Shown one piece after another: positions 48,054 to 62,009 of a stretch of DNA of 64,000 bases. Position 1 is the first letter of the stretch. Every line of letters starts with the position of its first letter. This DNA is from Haliotis rufescens. Lineage: Eukaryota. The notes beneath the pieces were generated by a model. It saw only the letters and a program-made list of their open reading frames with translations. It ran no database searches and was not told where the DNA came from. Location of the stretch: NCBI RefSeq assembly GCF_023055435.1, contig NW_025964361.1, positions 49,724,001 through 49,788,000 on the forward strand, written 5' to 3'. The translations under genes were made by a program, and so were the position numbers.

Positions 48054-49940
48054 GCCCCTTGTTAAGAAGTTATCGTATGACACATGATATCACGTACCAG
48101 TAGATTTGGCCTAATAACGTGCAGATAAATGAAAACAAACCTGCTTCGGTGCTTGTTGTTTTAGAATTCAATTATATCAAATTTTGACAAGATATATCAT
48201 TGTTTCTACAATAACAACCACGTCAAAAGCATGCAACATTGTAAGAAGTTGTCTTTTTGTTAAACTCCATTCAAATATCAACGTATATCTTAAATTTGCT
48301 TCATACACACCAAACGTTGAAGGCCGTATTTTCGGTTTGCTGTTTGTAATTTTTTTAATTCTAAGCATTTTGTTTCTTCCTTTTTGTTGAATAAAGTCAC
48401 GTAATACCAAATCGTCTTCCTGCTTGAACACGCCATTCTCAATAACCCACTAGTTTGTATACCCCCGGGAATACAAGTGTTAGTTAGACGGTGAAGTAGT
48501 GGCTCATGTAAAATTAATGACATGAATCTGTTTAAAACACATGGAAGGAATCCCACTCTGTCTGAAGCTTTGTGAGAACCTGTTCGGTGTCTACCATTAA
48601 AGCAATGTCCAGAGCAGACACCCAGAAGACCATGTCTCTATACAAATGATGTCAGGCGACATACGGTTGCCGTCTGTGCTATGTAAGCTGAGCTCTTATT
48701 GGCCGCTGAAACCAGGTCTTTGTTTGATGACTTTGGCAACAGAGGAGTTACAGCATCAGTTCGCGGGTAATCGAGGAATGTAGCGCATACAACCTCCTAA
48801 AGTATTGGCAGGATAGAATTTCCCTTGTGTACTCAATATATGAGTGAATACACCAATTAGAGCTTACACTCACCAATCATTTTAATTTACAGGAAGAATA
48901 CCAGGAGATCGAAAAAGGGGGAAGCGTTTCTAAATTGGTTCCACTGTTTGTGTGCGACGCAAGCTTATCGCTTTTAACCAACAGGCGGTGGCTGAAAAAT
49001 GGTTCAAATCTGTACCATGTCCGGTTACGAGTGAGCAAGAGTAGCGTCCTTGTATCACTTTCAACATCACTATGCAAGCTATCTATTTGTCGTGGAGATA
49101 ATAAGTATAGCAACCTTCTCTGCTGATGCTACTTGTTGCGAGAGCTATTTTACCATCACAAACAAACTAAATATAGATATAAACAACAGATCATGTCCGC
49201 ATTCAAAAGTAACCTCTGCCAAAAGCAGATTCGATTAAGACGCATTTTGTTTACTTTCAGTAGCTCTAATTGAGGATAAACCAGCACTTTCTGTAGCCAA
49301 CGTTGTGAGTGACGTTTAATTATTAAGAACTTGACATCCATATATTCTCTTCCTTAACTATGATCTACATGAAATCTCCTTATCATCCCATTTTGGATAC
49401 CATAAGTACACTCAGAACACTAGAGATGAATCAGTGCATTCTCATCTCCCTGATGAGTATACAACCTAAGTTGACTGAGGAGCTTGAAAGTTAACAGTTA
49501 TATTAAGGTTAACATTACCATCTCATTCTACCGGAGACCCATTAACTGCTGGATGAAAAAGGCATGTGAATCAAGACACACTTGCCTAAGCCTGCACAAT
49601 GTACTTCAGGAGTCAAGCTGCCGAACGCAATCACCCATCCAACTACTCTCCGCCACCAACGTTGCTTAACTTCAGTTGGTTTGTGACCTGTACGCTGTCC
49701 ACAAGACCATGTGCCACCTTAATGCATTGTATGTTCGTCGCGGTTATCAATTCTTATTTCGACCGTGACGTTGCTCTATTGTTTGAAGCCGTCACTGACA
49801 CAATATCCAAGCAGAATTTGCTTGTTTTGCACTTCGTAGGTACAGTGATGCATTTTATAAGAATTTCCTTTGCGACCACAGTGATCTCTCTGTTAAGAAA
49901 AACGGTAAGGTCAGGATTAAATTTTACAGAACGGTTAAGA

Positions 49941-50026
49941 GTGAGTGAGTGAGTGAGTATGGTTTTACGCCGCTTTTAGCAATATTCCAGCAATATCACG
50001 GCGGGGGACACCAGAAATGGGCTTCA
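49941..50026 (-). mobile_element. 5'-truncated SINE with 13-bp TSD, private to unit 2
   Basis: (GAGT)n tail; TSD AGAA(C/A)GGTTAAGA at 49928-49940 and 50027-50039; empty site at ~24037-24049. Confidence 0.85.
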
Positions 50027-50059
50027 AGAAAGGTTAAGAAAACTGAACGATGTTGATTG

Positions 50060-51875
50060 TAAAACGTTTATTAAAGTGTCACATGTACAACATGTACAAT
50101 ATAAAATTGACGCATAGCACAAAAGGTGTATGGAGTGCGTCCAGCCAGACAAAGACACTATATACAACATAAACAAAATATATACATACATATAATGTGA
50201 GAGGTTGAAAATCTAGCTACGAATTCAGAAGACTCACAGGACACAATAAAGAACGAGAGAGCAAATTAAATAATCATGGTGACAACTGTCGTCTCTTAAA
50301 CATTTTCAAAGGCGTTGCGGCAAGCAACTTTGGTAAAACGTTTGAATTCATTAAATGAATAAATTTCTCTTCTTCGCATATCACATTAAACTTCAGGTGT
50401 TTTTTTTCATCTGCGCAATATAAATCATACCGGAAATGATCATAAAACTGCTTTGTAGTAAAAAGTGACATTTATCTCCCACCAAATCACAATCGCAATA
50501 TTTACATAACCTTTTCGATAGAAGGTTTGGAACATCGACCTGTCTCAACAAACAAAGTGAGTGAGTGAGTGAGTTGGGTTTAACGCCGCTTTTAACAGTA
50601 TTCCAGTTATATCACGGCGTGTCAGCTTAATGTGGGAGGAAAGCCCGAAGTGATGCAGGTCTCAGACGTTTTCCACTTTGGTGAAATCCTCGAGCACGGG
50701 TATGGTGCTGACAAACCTAGAAAAACATAATTTGGGCGAACCCGGATTCGAACCCTCAATCATAGGTTTCTGGCGTGCCCAAGGGACGCAACTCTGCACA
50801 GCGAATCGCGGCGCCTTTGACGACTTGGCCACCCGTGCCCCCCTCAACAAACAAAGGTAAAATTCACCATCTAAACTTGGCTAAAAGACGGCGGTGGTCT
50901 CTATACATAATATTTTTAACATAGAATTCAACAACAGGTGTAAACTTAAATTTTCTGCAAGTACTTAACTTATTTCCATTTACATTACACTTAACATTCC
51001 AAAACGAAGTGTGAAAATTAACTACGTCATCCTGAAATAAAACGTTTTTAATATACCAAAAAACAGCATTTAACACCCAATCTGATGTCGAGTAAGAAGT
51101 GGTAAAACATCCAAACAATCGGTGAATAATATCAGGCAGAAGCTCTTGCTCCATAGATATAAGTCTGAAACATTCTGTTTTCTGAGTAACAGTAACTGAG
51201 CACCAGCCCATATCCCCTCTACTTGCAAGAACAGGTGCATGTTTACTTAAACCAAGATACATTCAGGCAGCCTTATTTTGCACAACGTCAGCTTCTTCAA
51301 AACTATGAAAGACCTATATAATGGCACCATAAAACAAAACTGGTTGTACCAGCGATTTATACAACTTCGTAAAAACATAATGTGACATTCCAACACCATA
51401 AATATACTTAGTGTACAGAGCAGATAACGCTCTACTAGCACACTAACAAAGCTCTTTCAAAAGCTTGTGCATGTCTAAATATTCTTTTAAACACAATCCT
51501 AAATGACGACGAGCGCTGTCATAAGAAATGTGAGTATTGTAACAAGAAGACATACAACAAGATCTAAAAATAGATTTTTTTCCCCGAAAACAGACAATTT
51601 CGATTTTTCTCATTAATACTAATACACCATTTTAAACACCAAGTACTTACAATATCTAACATATGTTGCAGATATTTTTTATTTTGAGCTAACAACGCAT
51701 TATCATCAGCGTATAACAAAAATGGGTAACATTTCATTATCCAATGGTACACCCCATTTGAGAGTCGTTATCAACTTGGCAACATCATTTATATAGAGAG
51801 AAAATAGAGTTGGTGACAATTTGCAACCTTGCTCAGTACCCATGGAAACGTTAAAATAGTCTGTTATGTAGTCAA
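50060..51875 (-). mobile_element. Degenerate LINE RT/3' end, third paralog
   Basis: LLYADD and LAKFR motifs; collinear with 14-1790. Confidence 0.8.
50558..50842 (-). mobile_element. tRNA-derived SINE at the same site as 511-793
   Basis: Same TSD CTCAACAAACAAAG and same A/B boxes. Confidence 0.9.
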
Positions 51876-52366
51876 TCACGCGTACTGCAACCTCACATCT
51901 TGATGTAGGGCTTCATTCACTCCTCAGGTATTGTGCAATGTTCAGTATAATAACCCTATGTTTACGAGAGTCTTTCAGCGTAGATTTAGCCTTCATAACT
52001 TCAGCTTTTGCTTCCAAAGAATCCATAGTTGCTCTGACCAAATGTCTAGGCCTCTTCCTTTCATTTTAACATTGTTTGCGTAGTTCCAGATCGTCAGGCA
52101 GAAGCTCCAACACCTTGTTTTTTGTCACTCGCGAATCCTTTTCCTCGTGCGTGTGAACATTCAGGTTCTTTATGACTACAGAATTGTCAACAGCATTATA
52201 CATTTGTTTTCCTTTTATAACCCTCAGTATATTTGTTGGAAATCTTGTACCTTTTTTTCATATGCTTCGAACTTTCAGTCAATTTCCTCATGAACAGAAC
52301 TAATCTCACTTTTGACATTCTCGTAAAGATATAAAATATATTGTATTAAACATGAAATGTTCAACT

Positions 52367-54837
52367 TTAGAATAAGGCTGCGGGATCAGCGTTGTGGATA
52401 CGCTGACACAGATGTGTCCAGAACTGGGGGTGTTCCTCCACGTCCAGAATGAGTTCCTCTGAAACCACGTTGAGGAGAAGACGAGGAACTCGAGCTCTCG
52501 CTGCCAAGGACATATCCCTGTACAGAAGCAGGACCCGGTCCGCGATTGCGTTGTTCACGGACATCAGTCTGACAGTAGACAGAACAGTAAAGTGTATCCA
52601 TTCGTCTCTCAGGAAGTTCTCTGTCAGCACGATAACAATCTTCCAGCTTCTCGACAAAGCATCAATGGTCACTTCAGCCTGGGAACACCCTGCAGGGTCA
52701 TGTAAGTCGGGCAGGTACAGTCTTATACCAGGGGAGACTTTGGGGAGCTCCTTGAAGAGACAGTGACATGGCCATTGATACTCAGCATTTTCATAGCATA
52801 TGTAGGCATCATAATCAAAATCCTCCCTTTGTGGTCGGCGTCTTGGGTTATAACCAAGCATATCCAATACATGGTGTTCTATTTTGGGGAAATATTTCTT
52901 GAAAAGAAATGCTACAAGTAAAGACAACAGTGCAATCAAGTTCCCAACTATGGCCACCGCCAACCAGAACTGACCAACACATGTTCTCCAATGAAATGTC
53001 CTGCTTGCATAAAAGGTAGCTGTATCAGACAACGTTCCATCACCAAGGATGCAGCTGTAGTTACCATGGTGATCTAAAGTGACATCAGTTTCCAGTAACC
53101 ATTGTATAAAGTGGAGAGTTCCACAGCTGCAGCTGAAGATGTTGCCTGTTAGGTAGAGGTAGAACGAACCGTTATTCACAACAAAGTCATCGAGCATTGT
53201 CTGTTGCTGTTTACTGATGACTGACAGGGAATTCGATGTCATATCCAAATGTTTGAGCCTAGCCATCATCAGGATTTCTTCTGGTACGTCATCCAGTCGA
53301 TTTCGTGCAAGAGAAAGGTTTTCCAATTTGTTAAAGTTTCTCAATGTATTTTGTTGATAAGCTGTAGATTATTGCCTGACAAATCGAGTCTTGTTAGTTT
53401 TGGCATGACATGGAAAAAAGGTTCAGATGGGGACACAAACATGTCTTCATCTGACGTCACATCGTGAACAAGCAATATTTGGAGATTCGTCACCATGTTG
53501 GTGTTGTTGAATACATTCTGACTGATCTTCATATGGGATATGTCCAAGAGTTTCAGGTTTTTACAGCATTCTAAATATGACGGAATGTCTAAAAGATCAT
53601 TTCTAGAGAAATCTAACACAGATAGATGATCGCTTTGTGTCAGTGTTAAACTGATATACAAATAGTTAGAACTGAAACATCTGCTGAGGTTTAAATAACT
53701 TAGATTAGGAGGTATGGGAAAATACACACCTCCTCGTTTTGTGGTATTATATTTGTTACTGTGAGAAAAGCTCAATTTTGTACCCCGAGACAAATCCAGA
53801 TATTTCAGATTTACCATCATGTACATATTTTTTGCAGCAGGGGGCAATTTCCCATTCAACAAGTTTTGAGACAAGTCTAGATATTCGATACATCTGAAGA
53901 AAGTCGAATTGGTTATGGCATTATCATTAACTTGTGTAATCTTATTATGAGACATGTCTAGCTTTTTCACACATATATCTGCAAGATAACCGAACATCTC
54001 CTCTGTTAGAGTCACACTGCTTTCTCCTGTGGTAACAACTCGAGACAGTATTATTTCCTCCATATGTCTTCCAGCCAAACACTGAAGAGCTCTTGTTATG
54101 GAGACGAACTTGGTCGTGCTTCCATGCGGGAGGCCAATTAGCAAATTGGTTAGGTTCTTAAAAGGTCAAAATGCTCCTGCTTCTATATTTCTAACAACAC
54201 CGTTGAAATTTAATATTTTAAGTGGAATATCACGCAAAGCTTGAAAGGTTGTGTTTCCAATAACAGGTATACCTATGGTATTGATATTCAGAAGTGTGAG
54301 GGTGTCTTTCAACTGTTCTAGTTGAGGCCATTTTCCGTCTTTAGGCCAGGAGTTAATACGAAGCTCTTCTAGACTTTTTAGACCTTGGACGATATCAGTA
54401 GGGAATTGTCCTTCGTTATTTATACTTCCTAACAGAACCAATTGCCTCAGACTAACCAAATACTGGAACAGTCCATCTGGGTATGTTGTCGTGTCCAATG
54501 AAAGCGTGTCACAAGACATTTCCAAGACTTCCAGTTTACCAAGACCTTTGAAAGCATTTCTCTGCAGTATCTTTAGCGGATTGGCACTCAGATAAAGGAA
54601 TCTGAGGTTACTTAAAGTGCTAAAACTGTTGTTATATATTCGGGTGAGAAGATTATCTTGTAAATCCAAACCTACAATGTCCTTTGGAAGATCTGATGGC
54701 ATTTGAGTGAGATTCTGTCTTTGACAGTCGGTGACGTTACCCTGGTAGGCTGCACTATAACTGGTGTGACAGCCACTGACAGAGATGCATGTTGCATCCG
54801 TCATCAGCAGGAGAAACATAAACATTTCCACGTGCAT
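52367..54837 (-). pseudogene. Toll-like receptor TLR-C, pseudogene
   Basis: TGT>TGA nonsense at 54166-54168 and a 1-bp deletion at ~53350; otherwise collinear with TLR-B. Confidence 0.9.
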
Positions 54838-56526
54838 TATTTCTGAAACACAATGACAGCACATCAAGAGGAAGAAAGTTAACTGTATAGACACATTTAT
54901 TATGGATTAATGATTAATTTGACTTAAGATCACGTTAAAACTTGCATGTTAAGGGAGTGAGCGAGTTGGGTTTAAGGCCGCTTTGAACAGTCTTACAGCT
55001 ATATAATGGCGTGTCAGCTTGATGTGGTGATTGGAACCCATGATCATTGTTTTTGTAGGTGTTTTTGTTTGTTTGTTGCTTAGCACCGCACTCAGAAATA
55101 GTCCAGCTATAGTCCAGCTATATGATGTCGGTCTGTAAATAATCGAGTCGGGACCAGACAACCCTGTGATTGTTTTGGGGTGTCACAAAGGGACTCAACT
55201 CAATTGCGATGCCTCAGACGACTGCATGTTACATGTTGCACGTTGCATGTTAAGAAGTTACATGATCACATAAAATACCAATCAAAACAAATAACATTGA
55301 ACTGAGCTTGTGAAAAACTTGCAGATAAACGAAAACAAATTTTGTCAGTGATTGTTTTCTAAAATTTAATGATTTAAAATTCTGACAAGAAATACCATTA
55401 TTACAAAATTGTTAAAATTTAAAAAAAATCACACAAACATTACACGTTGTTAGGATTCGCCTACTGATTTTAACGTATTTCCAATATCAACGAATATATC
55501 TAAAATTTACTTCGTGCTAAACAAACTTAGTTTTTATTTGATATTCACATTCTTTTAATTCTATATGTTTCGGTATCCTTTTTGTTTAATAAAGTCAAAC
55601 GTTATAAAATTGCCTTCCTTCTGGAACCGCTTCACCATCAATACACCACTGGTTTGTATGACCTGTTAAAATCCGGTGTGTCTTTATATAATTCAAGGGA
55701 ATTCAAAACATAAACGCTTGAGAAGATATTCTACAAATGCTGTCAAGCGAGAAACATTTCTCTTTTGCTATGTAAGTTGAGCGCCCATCGTTCGCACCTG
55801 AAACCAGGTCACATAACAACTTGACGGGTGCTCGATTAATGTTGCCCATACAAAACTCTTAAGAGTTGTAAGAATAGATCTTCTCAAGGCATGCTGGTCA
55901 ACTCATGTGTTTTCCCCGCAATACACCAAAATATACTAGCGTGACCTTCAATATACTTGAGAAAATACACCAATTCAAACCTAGGATCACCAATCATTCT
56001 AAATTGACAGGAGTTCGTAAAATATTAGAGCATGTCCAGTATTTCTGTCTATCTCCGTCACTCAGTGTATCTGTCTTCCTGACTCTGTGTCTCTCTGTAC
56101 CTACATGTGGCTGTCTCTCACTTCAAATATTTCGTACGATCTCTTATGTTGCTTTATAACATGTTACGTATATTACGTTACGAGCTGATGTTCATCACAC
56201 TGATGTACTACGCAATTAGGGCACATATATTTGACACAGACACATGCATATACACTCACTGATACAGCGTACAGGTAACTGGCTATTTAGCTCTCTTTGT
56301 CTACCTATTAATGAATAATGAGTTTTGGTAAAAATCGTGACCTTTTACTTAATATCTATATCATCATTACCAAAACATGTTCAAATGATTTTTCATATAA
56401 ATATCGTTTAGATGAGCAAACACTAACCTAATGTTTAGTAAATATATCATTTGTCTACTTACCAAACTTGTCCAGTATTTCAGACGGATAATTATCATGA
56501 TAATAGGCATCACTAGGTGATCATGG

Positions 56527-56616
56527 TTCCAGGAATGCTGACTTGTTTGTCTGATTGGCTAATGATGTCGGCTAAAGAATATCACGCTGAAAATAACACC
56601 ACAATGTTTGAGGTCA
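56527..56616 (-). promoter_or_regulatory. Putative TLR-C promoter: GAS, CCAAT and degenerate bZIP site
   Basis: TTCCAGGAA at 56527-56535, CCAAT (minus) at 56554-56558 and TGAGGTCA at 56609-56616. Confidence 0.4.
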
Positions 56617-57399
56617 TGCTTGGAGACAGGATAGACAGGATAGACACGAGTCTCGTCAACTGGCTCGGCTAATATACAATGAAATGTTTGAAAGGGTGTG
56701 TGAAGGAAATACGATCTGTACCTGTAGTAAGTAGATATTTTATCGTTTGTTGAATGTCGATATGACATGGACTTAGCTTATGTGTAACAATGACGGTGTA
56801 TGTGTTGGTGGTCATGAATGTATGTACACGATATTTAAGGGTGGAGCCCGTGACAAATATAACACCCGACACTATAATTAAGACACCGGAGAAGATATTT
56901 GGAACAACAACTTTACCCAAGACCAGATAATCCAGTGATTAATATCATGAGCATCGATCCACGCAATTGGGATTGATGACATGCATCGACCAAGTCAGCA
57001 AGCCTGACCACCCGATCTCAGTAGTCGCGTCTTACGACAAGCATAGTCGCCTTTTACAGCGAGCATGGTTGCTGAAGACCTGTTCTTCCCCGGATCTTCA
57101 CGGGTCAAGACGAAAATGAAGGGATATTTAAAGCGAAAGGGTATCCCCTGTCTCCCTTAATTAGACCAAGGCTTCCTGTGCTGGACGTGTGATTCGTACT
57201 CTCACTATCTCTACCTGAATGAACTACAAGATCTGGTCAGTGATTATAACCACATTATACGTTAGTCGAACCTTCGCCTCCTGATATTAATAAAAACAAA
57301 AGCGAGAAAAAGAAAAATGAAGTTGTATGGAAAAGACAGTAAATTGATCTTTTCGTGAAATCTAAAACTCTGAAGCCAAAAGCTAAGCAAAGAAGAAAG

Positions 57400-59100
57400 T
57401 AGACAAATCAGTTGAAACTATGTGGAGGATGGAGAATATTCTGGCATGGACACGCTTTGCCCTTTTGTGAATATCTAGTGACATCACTGATTTTCAGTGA
57501 TTCATTCATGTAATGTTCACCTTTCTTTTGCCTTGATGCCAAATGGAATCTATTTAGGTGGGTAATATTGAGACTGGTTATTCTCTGGCGTGGTCATTTT
57601 AATTTGTGTAGTGATTGGAGATTTGAATGCAAGATATTTGGACTGATCCAGCCGTTGTAGAGGATTTATTCTTGAATATCTAAACGGTCTTGGTAACAGT
57701 TTATGTGGATTTTCATCAGACGATTTCACATTAAAGGAAACTGACAGACTGCGAATGAACCAGAACAAATAGATCCAGGAGAAGGCGGCTGTTTCAAATG
57801 CCATAGTCAACTACCGTAAGATTCAAACATTAGTTCCCTGAGAATGGTAATTGTAATATTAGGATTTCCCGACATTCCGCAGTAATAAAGTAGTATGCCT
57901 CGGCTTAATATTTCACATTCATGAAATGAATGCAATAACACGTGACCAAATCTAGCTAATCAGAATGCAGAAATTACTAGGAACACAACAAAAAATTAAT
58001 ATTAGCACATTACAACCTACAGATGACAATGCTTCTGGCTCTGATAATGTCATAGCGGAGTTTACTTTGTAAATGTTAAGCAGCCATGCTATATTGTGAA
58101 CTTATTTTCAATATTCTGTTTTGAAAGATCCTATTTTCTTGGGAATTTGATGACTGGTTCTTGTTTCGATTTACAAACAGGTGGCCGCAAATGTTGTAAA
58201 TAGTTATTGTGGAATAACTCTTCTTACAATGTTTAGTAAATTATTTACAGACATCGTCAAGAAGAGGTTTGTAGTCCAGGCAGATACCTTCGAAAATATG
58301 TGTGTCACAAGCTGGGTTTTGAAAGGGTATTCTACAAATGGCGACGGTATAATCCTAACCCTACTAAAATACAGAGATATTTATCAGTAAAGGGAAATAA
58401 TGTAGTTGACTCTGTGAAAAGAATCAATATGTGATAACTTTATCAAAGACATTTTGGAAAATAAATTATTTTGTATGTGTGAAATAATGAGAGGCTAGGT
58501 TTTCGAAGTATATCAGAAATGTTTATAGGCAACATCGGTGTCCGCCAGTGATGTATACTATGTCCTTTCTATTTCCATTTTTCATGAATGAATTAGAATA
58601 TCAAATTCATAGTAATTGCATAGATAGTAATTAATAACACCTCGAAGCTATTATATTGTTTTGCCTCTCCTTTCGGGTGGCATAGGATATGGTCTCGAGC
58701 ACGATACCTTGTTTACAAAGGTAAATACATGCATGAGAACGTTATAGTGAAGAAGCGAAACCTACTGTCCATACAGAAAGAAACCAATGTAGTAGTCCTT
58801 GAAAGTGGTGCTAACTCATATAGAAAGAGAAATGGTAATCTATTTTGGAGCGTCAACTTTGGAAATTGTTGTATATACCTGGACATTTGGGACTTAGACA
58901 GTTTTGATGTTATTGAAAATAGGTACGCTTATTCACAAGTATAAAAGGGTTTGACTGTTAAACCTAGTACTCAAATTGCAGTGGTAGATGGCAAATGTGG
59001 AAGGTTGTCGATGTATGCATGAGGTTGTTTACACTACATACTGGGTCAACATATTAAATGTACAAGATATTCATATGTCATAAAACAAAGATTATGTGTG
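57400..59100 (+). mobile_element. Highly degenerate LINE relic (APE endonuclease and RT traces), older paralog
   Basis: VIGDLNAR at ~57611-57634 and a GVRQ*C remnant at ~58538. Boundaries are approximate. Confidence 0.5.
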
Positions 59101-60079
59101 GTGAATTGCAACACATTGTACCAGGCCTTCGCCCTCATCAAAAACACGAAAACATATTGACTGTCAATGACGGCCGTCTGTAAATAATCGAGTCTGGAAC
59201 AAACAATCCATTGATTGACATTATGAGCATCGATCTACGCTTTTGGAATACGATGACATGCATCACGTCAGCGAGCTTGACCACCCGATACTGTTCGTAT
59301 GCTCTTAGGACACGCATGTGTTGCTGAAGATTTTAACCCGGATCTTCATGGGGTTCAATGACAATATTTACTCATAATGTCAGGTGAGATCTGACCTTCT
59401 TATGCCTGACCAATCAACTGAATACGTTTTGTGGTCCATAACAAATCTGTAGTCAGTTTGATTATAGTTACAGGATCGTTGGTCCCCATAATATGATCAG
59501 TTTGTGACGTCATGCCTATATTCTTATTTCCATTCCATTATTTGTCAGAGTTATTGTCTCAAAAGTAGCGCAGTCACATTGAAATTCGGATCGGTATTGT
59601 TTGAAGTTAAAATTAGAGAAATCAGTGGTTTGTTATCCAATGCACAGGTTCAATGCCAACGGTCTGATATTACGTTCATATTACATGTAAAACCCGTGAC
59701 AGGACAGCATTACGACGCCAGCGAGGTTCAACCTCTCGTGAAACATCATCGACGTTCTTCTTGCAGAAGATGGACCACTTAATAGGGCACATGGGAGGAA
59801 GGTAAGCAGTATGAGCGGGAGATTTCAGCTGGAGGGGTTAGGACGCTCGGAAGCTTGATTCCAAGAAATTCCAGGTTCCGGTCGACAGAAAACACAGCTT
59901 CACAGTTTACAAAAATCATTTTGTTCACACATCGGCGTATGGGTACCCGGAAGGATGATATTGTCAACTGATTGATGTCTGCCATACAGCGTTGGTTGTA
60001 GACTTATGTGGAAGAGAAGAAATTTGCATCCTCACTGACCCACTGATGCGTGAACAGAAGTTATAACTCTTTGTGCTAT

Positions 60080-60085
60080 ATTAAC
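60080..60085. other. Empty (pre-insertion) Maverick target site ATTAAC
   Basis: TTTGTGCTAT-ATTAAC-CACAAGGTGTAAG joins the left and right flanks of the filled sites with a single ATTAAC. Confidence 0.95.
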
Positions 60086-62009
60086 CACAAGGTGTAAGAG
60101 ACAGGTGGTGAAATGGTCAGTGTGTTCACTTCATTTAAATTGATGAGTTCATATCTGAAAGGTCAGGTCGGTACTTTGTTGTCATTTATAAAAAATCAGA
60201 CTTCTTCATGATTTACACTTTATTACACCGAACACACACGTCAAACACTTCAATTCCGCTATGTATTCTGTATTAGTCATATCAACTGCAGACACACTAC
60301 ACAATCGAACTATATGCGTGTGCTATGTACATATACAGTTATGTCAACAGGTATAATGAGGTCTGCCTGGCACAGAGCGTGATGAATCAAACTTGATATC
60401 TTTTGTTGATTTAATGTACATAATGTTAGTATCGAATCGTATTTCGAAGTACTTTGCGACCCAAATTGTACCGTCAATGCGAAAAGTGCGAAAGTGTTAA
60501 TGAATGAACGTGCCTAAACGAGCAGATCACTCGAACAGGACATTTTGGATACCAATCATAAGAACACTCCATGAAAGTGTGTCTGACTCAAAAGTGTGCA
60601 GCCTAAATATAAGGTATAAAGGTCTGTTGGTCATGGAAGGTCGATGGGCATTGTTACGTGTCGATTCCCAGATTGAAACGACACGTTAATCCAGAAAACT
60701 GAAGCTAAAAGACAACCAACCAACAAACAACAAGTGGTATACAATCAACCAATGAATTATAGAATTAACTTCGTTTACATATCTATACAAATTTCAGCAC
60801 AGCAATTACAATGGCAGAAAACAAAAGAGTGGATGTCCAATGTTCAATGTCAATAACTAGCATGATAGAAAATTACAGTGGTGATGGAAAAAGTCAGTGA
60901 TACTAATACATATTCACCCAACGGCCACGGTGGACAAGTTTCCAAGATGGGCTAGGCAGGGAATCGGGGATGATGAGCAATCCTGACATGAAAGCTGGTG
61001 CGAGACGAGATGAAATGCACGCGAGACGAAATGTGTGAGATCCAAAAGTGTGAGAGATGCGTAAACACGCTACTGTCCCCTTATGTACAGTCAAATTCGC
61101 TTCCTAAACAGCTAAACACCACAGAATATTTCATACCAGGTCACGGTAAACCGGAAGTTTACACACAACACTAGTATCTAAATCTAGTAGCTTCCTGACG
61201 ACTGCTTAGATTAAATAGTACTACATTCCTGAGGACTAATCACTGCCGAAATACATTGCAATTAGCGGCTACCGAATCTCTACAGAAACGAGGTAAAACT
61301 ACTGTTAAACAAAAATACACTGCAATATAACAGCGTGATGAAATTAACTACATAAGACTTGTAACATGTAAATTATGCAAGTACCGTTTCGTGTCCCGAG
61401 ATACTCAGGTAACCGCGACACTGCCGTCAGTGTAAAAGCCGTCAAAATGTGTCTGACTCAAAAGTGTGCAGCCCAAGATGAATCTTGAATCCCCCATCCA
61501 CTCTTCTAATGATACATCATGTCCCCCAACGCGGTCACCAATTCAACTTCTTCCTACTAACGGTGCTTACTTTCACCTGGTTTGTGATCTGTACGCTCTC
61601 CACAGGACCACTTGCCATCTTAATATATTGTATGTTCGTCGCGGTTAACCAATCTTATTATGACAGTGACGTTATCCTAAGGTTTGAAGCCGGCACTGAC
61701 ACAATATCCAAGCAGAATTTGTGTGTTTGCACTTCGTAGGTACTGTCATACACTTAACATGAATTTCCTTGACGATCACAGTGAATTCTCCACAAAAAGA
61801 CCCTGTAACGACGGGATTAAATTATGCAGATAAATCAAGAAAACTGAAAGATGTTGATTGATGTTGTCTGCGAAACATTTTAAGTGTTCCATCGCCAGTT
61901 CATTTCCAAATGGGATACGTATGTTGCAACTCCAATGTCATATGAAAGACATTTTTTATAGTTGATATATGTCAGGTATTTGTGATTACCATCAGAGAAA
62001 GGTCACACT

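Larger units (their letters stand above)
31040..57278. repeat. Segmental tandem duplication unit 2 (~26.2 kb): Maverick, expanded minisatellite, TIR remnant, LINE, TLR-C
   Basis: Collinear with 7173-31039. The length difference comes mainly from 23 extra minisatellite units, two SINE insertions and the ~460-bp deletion in unit 1. Confidence 0.85.
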
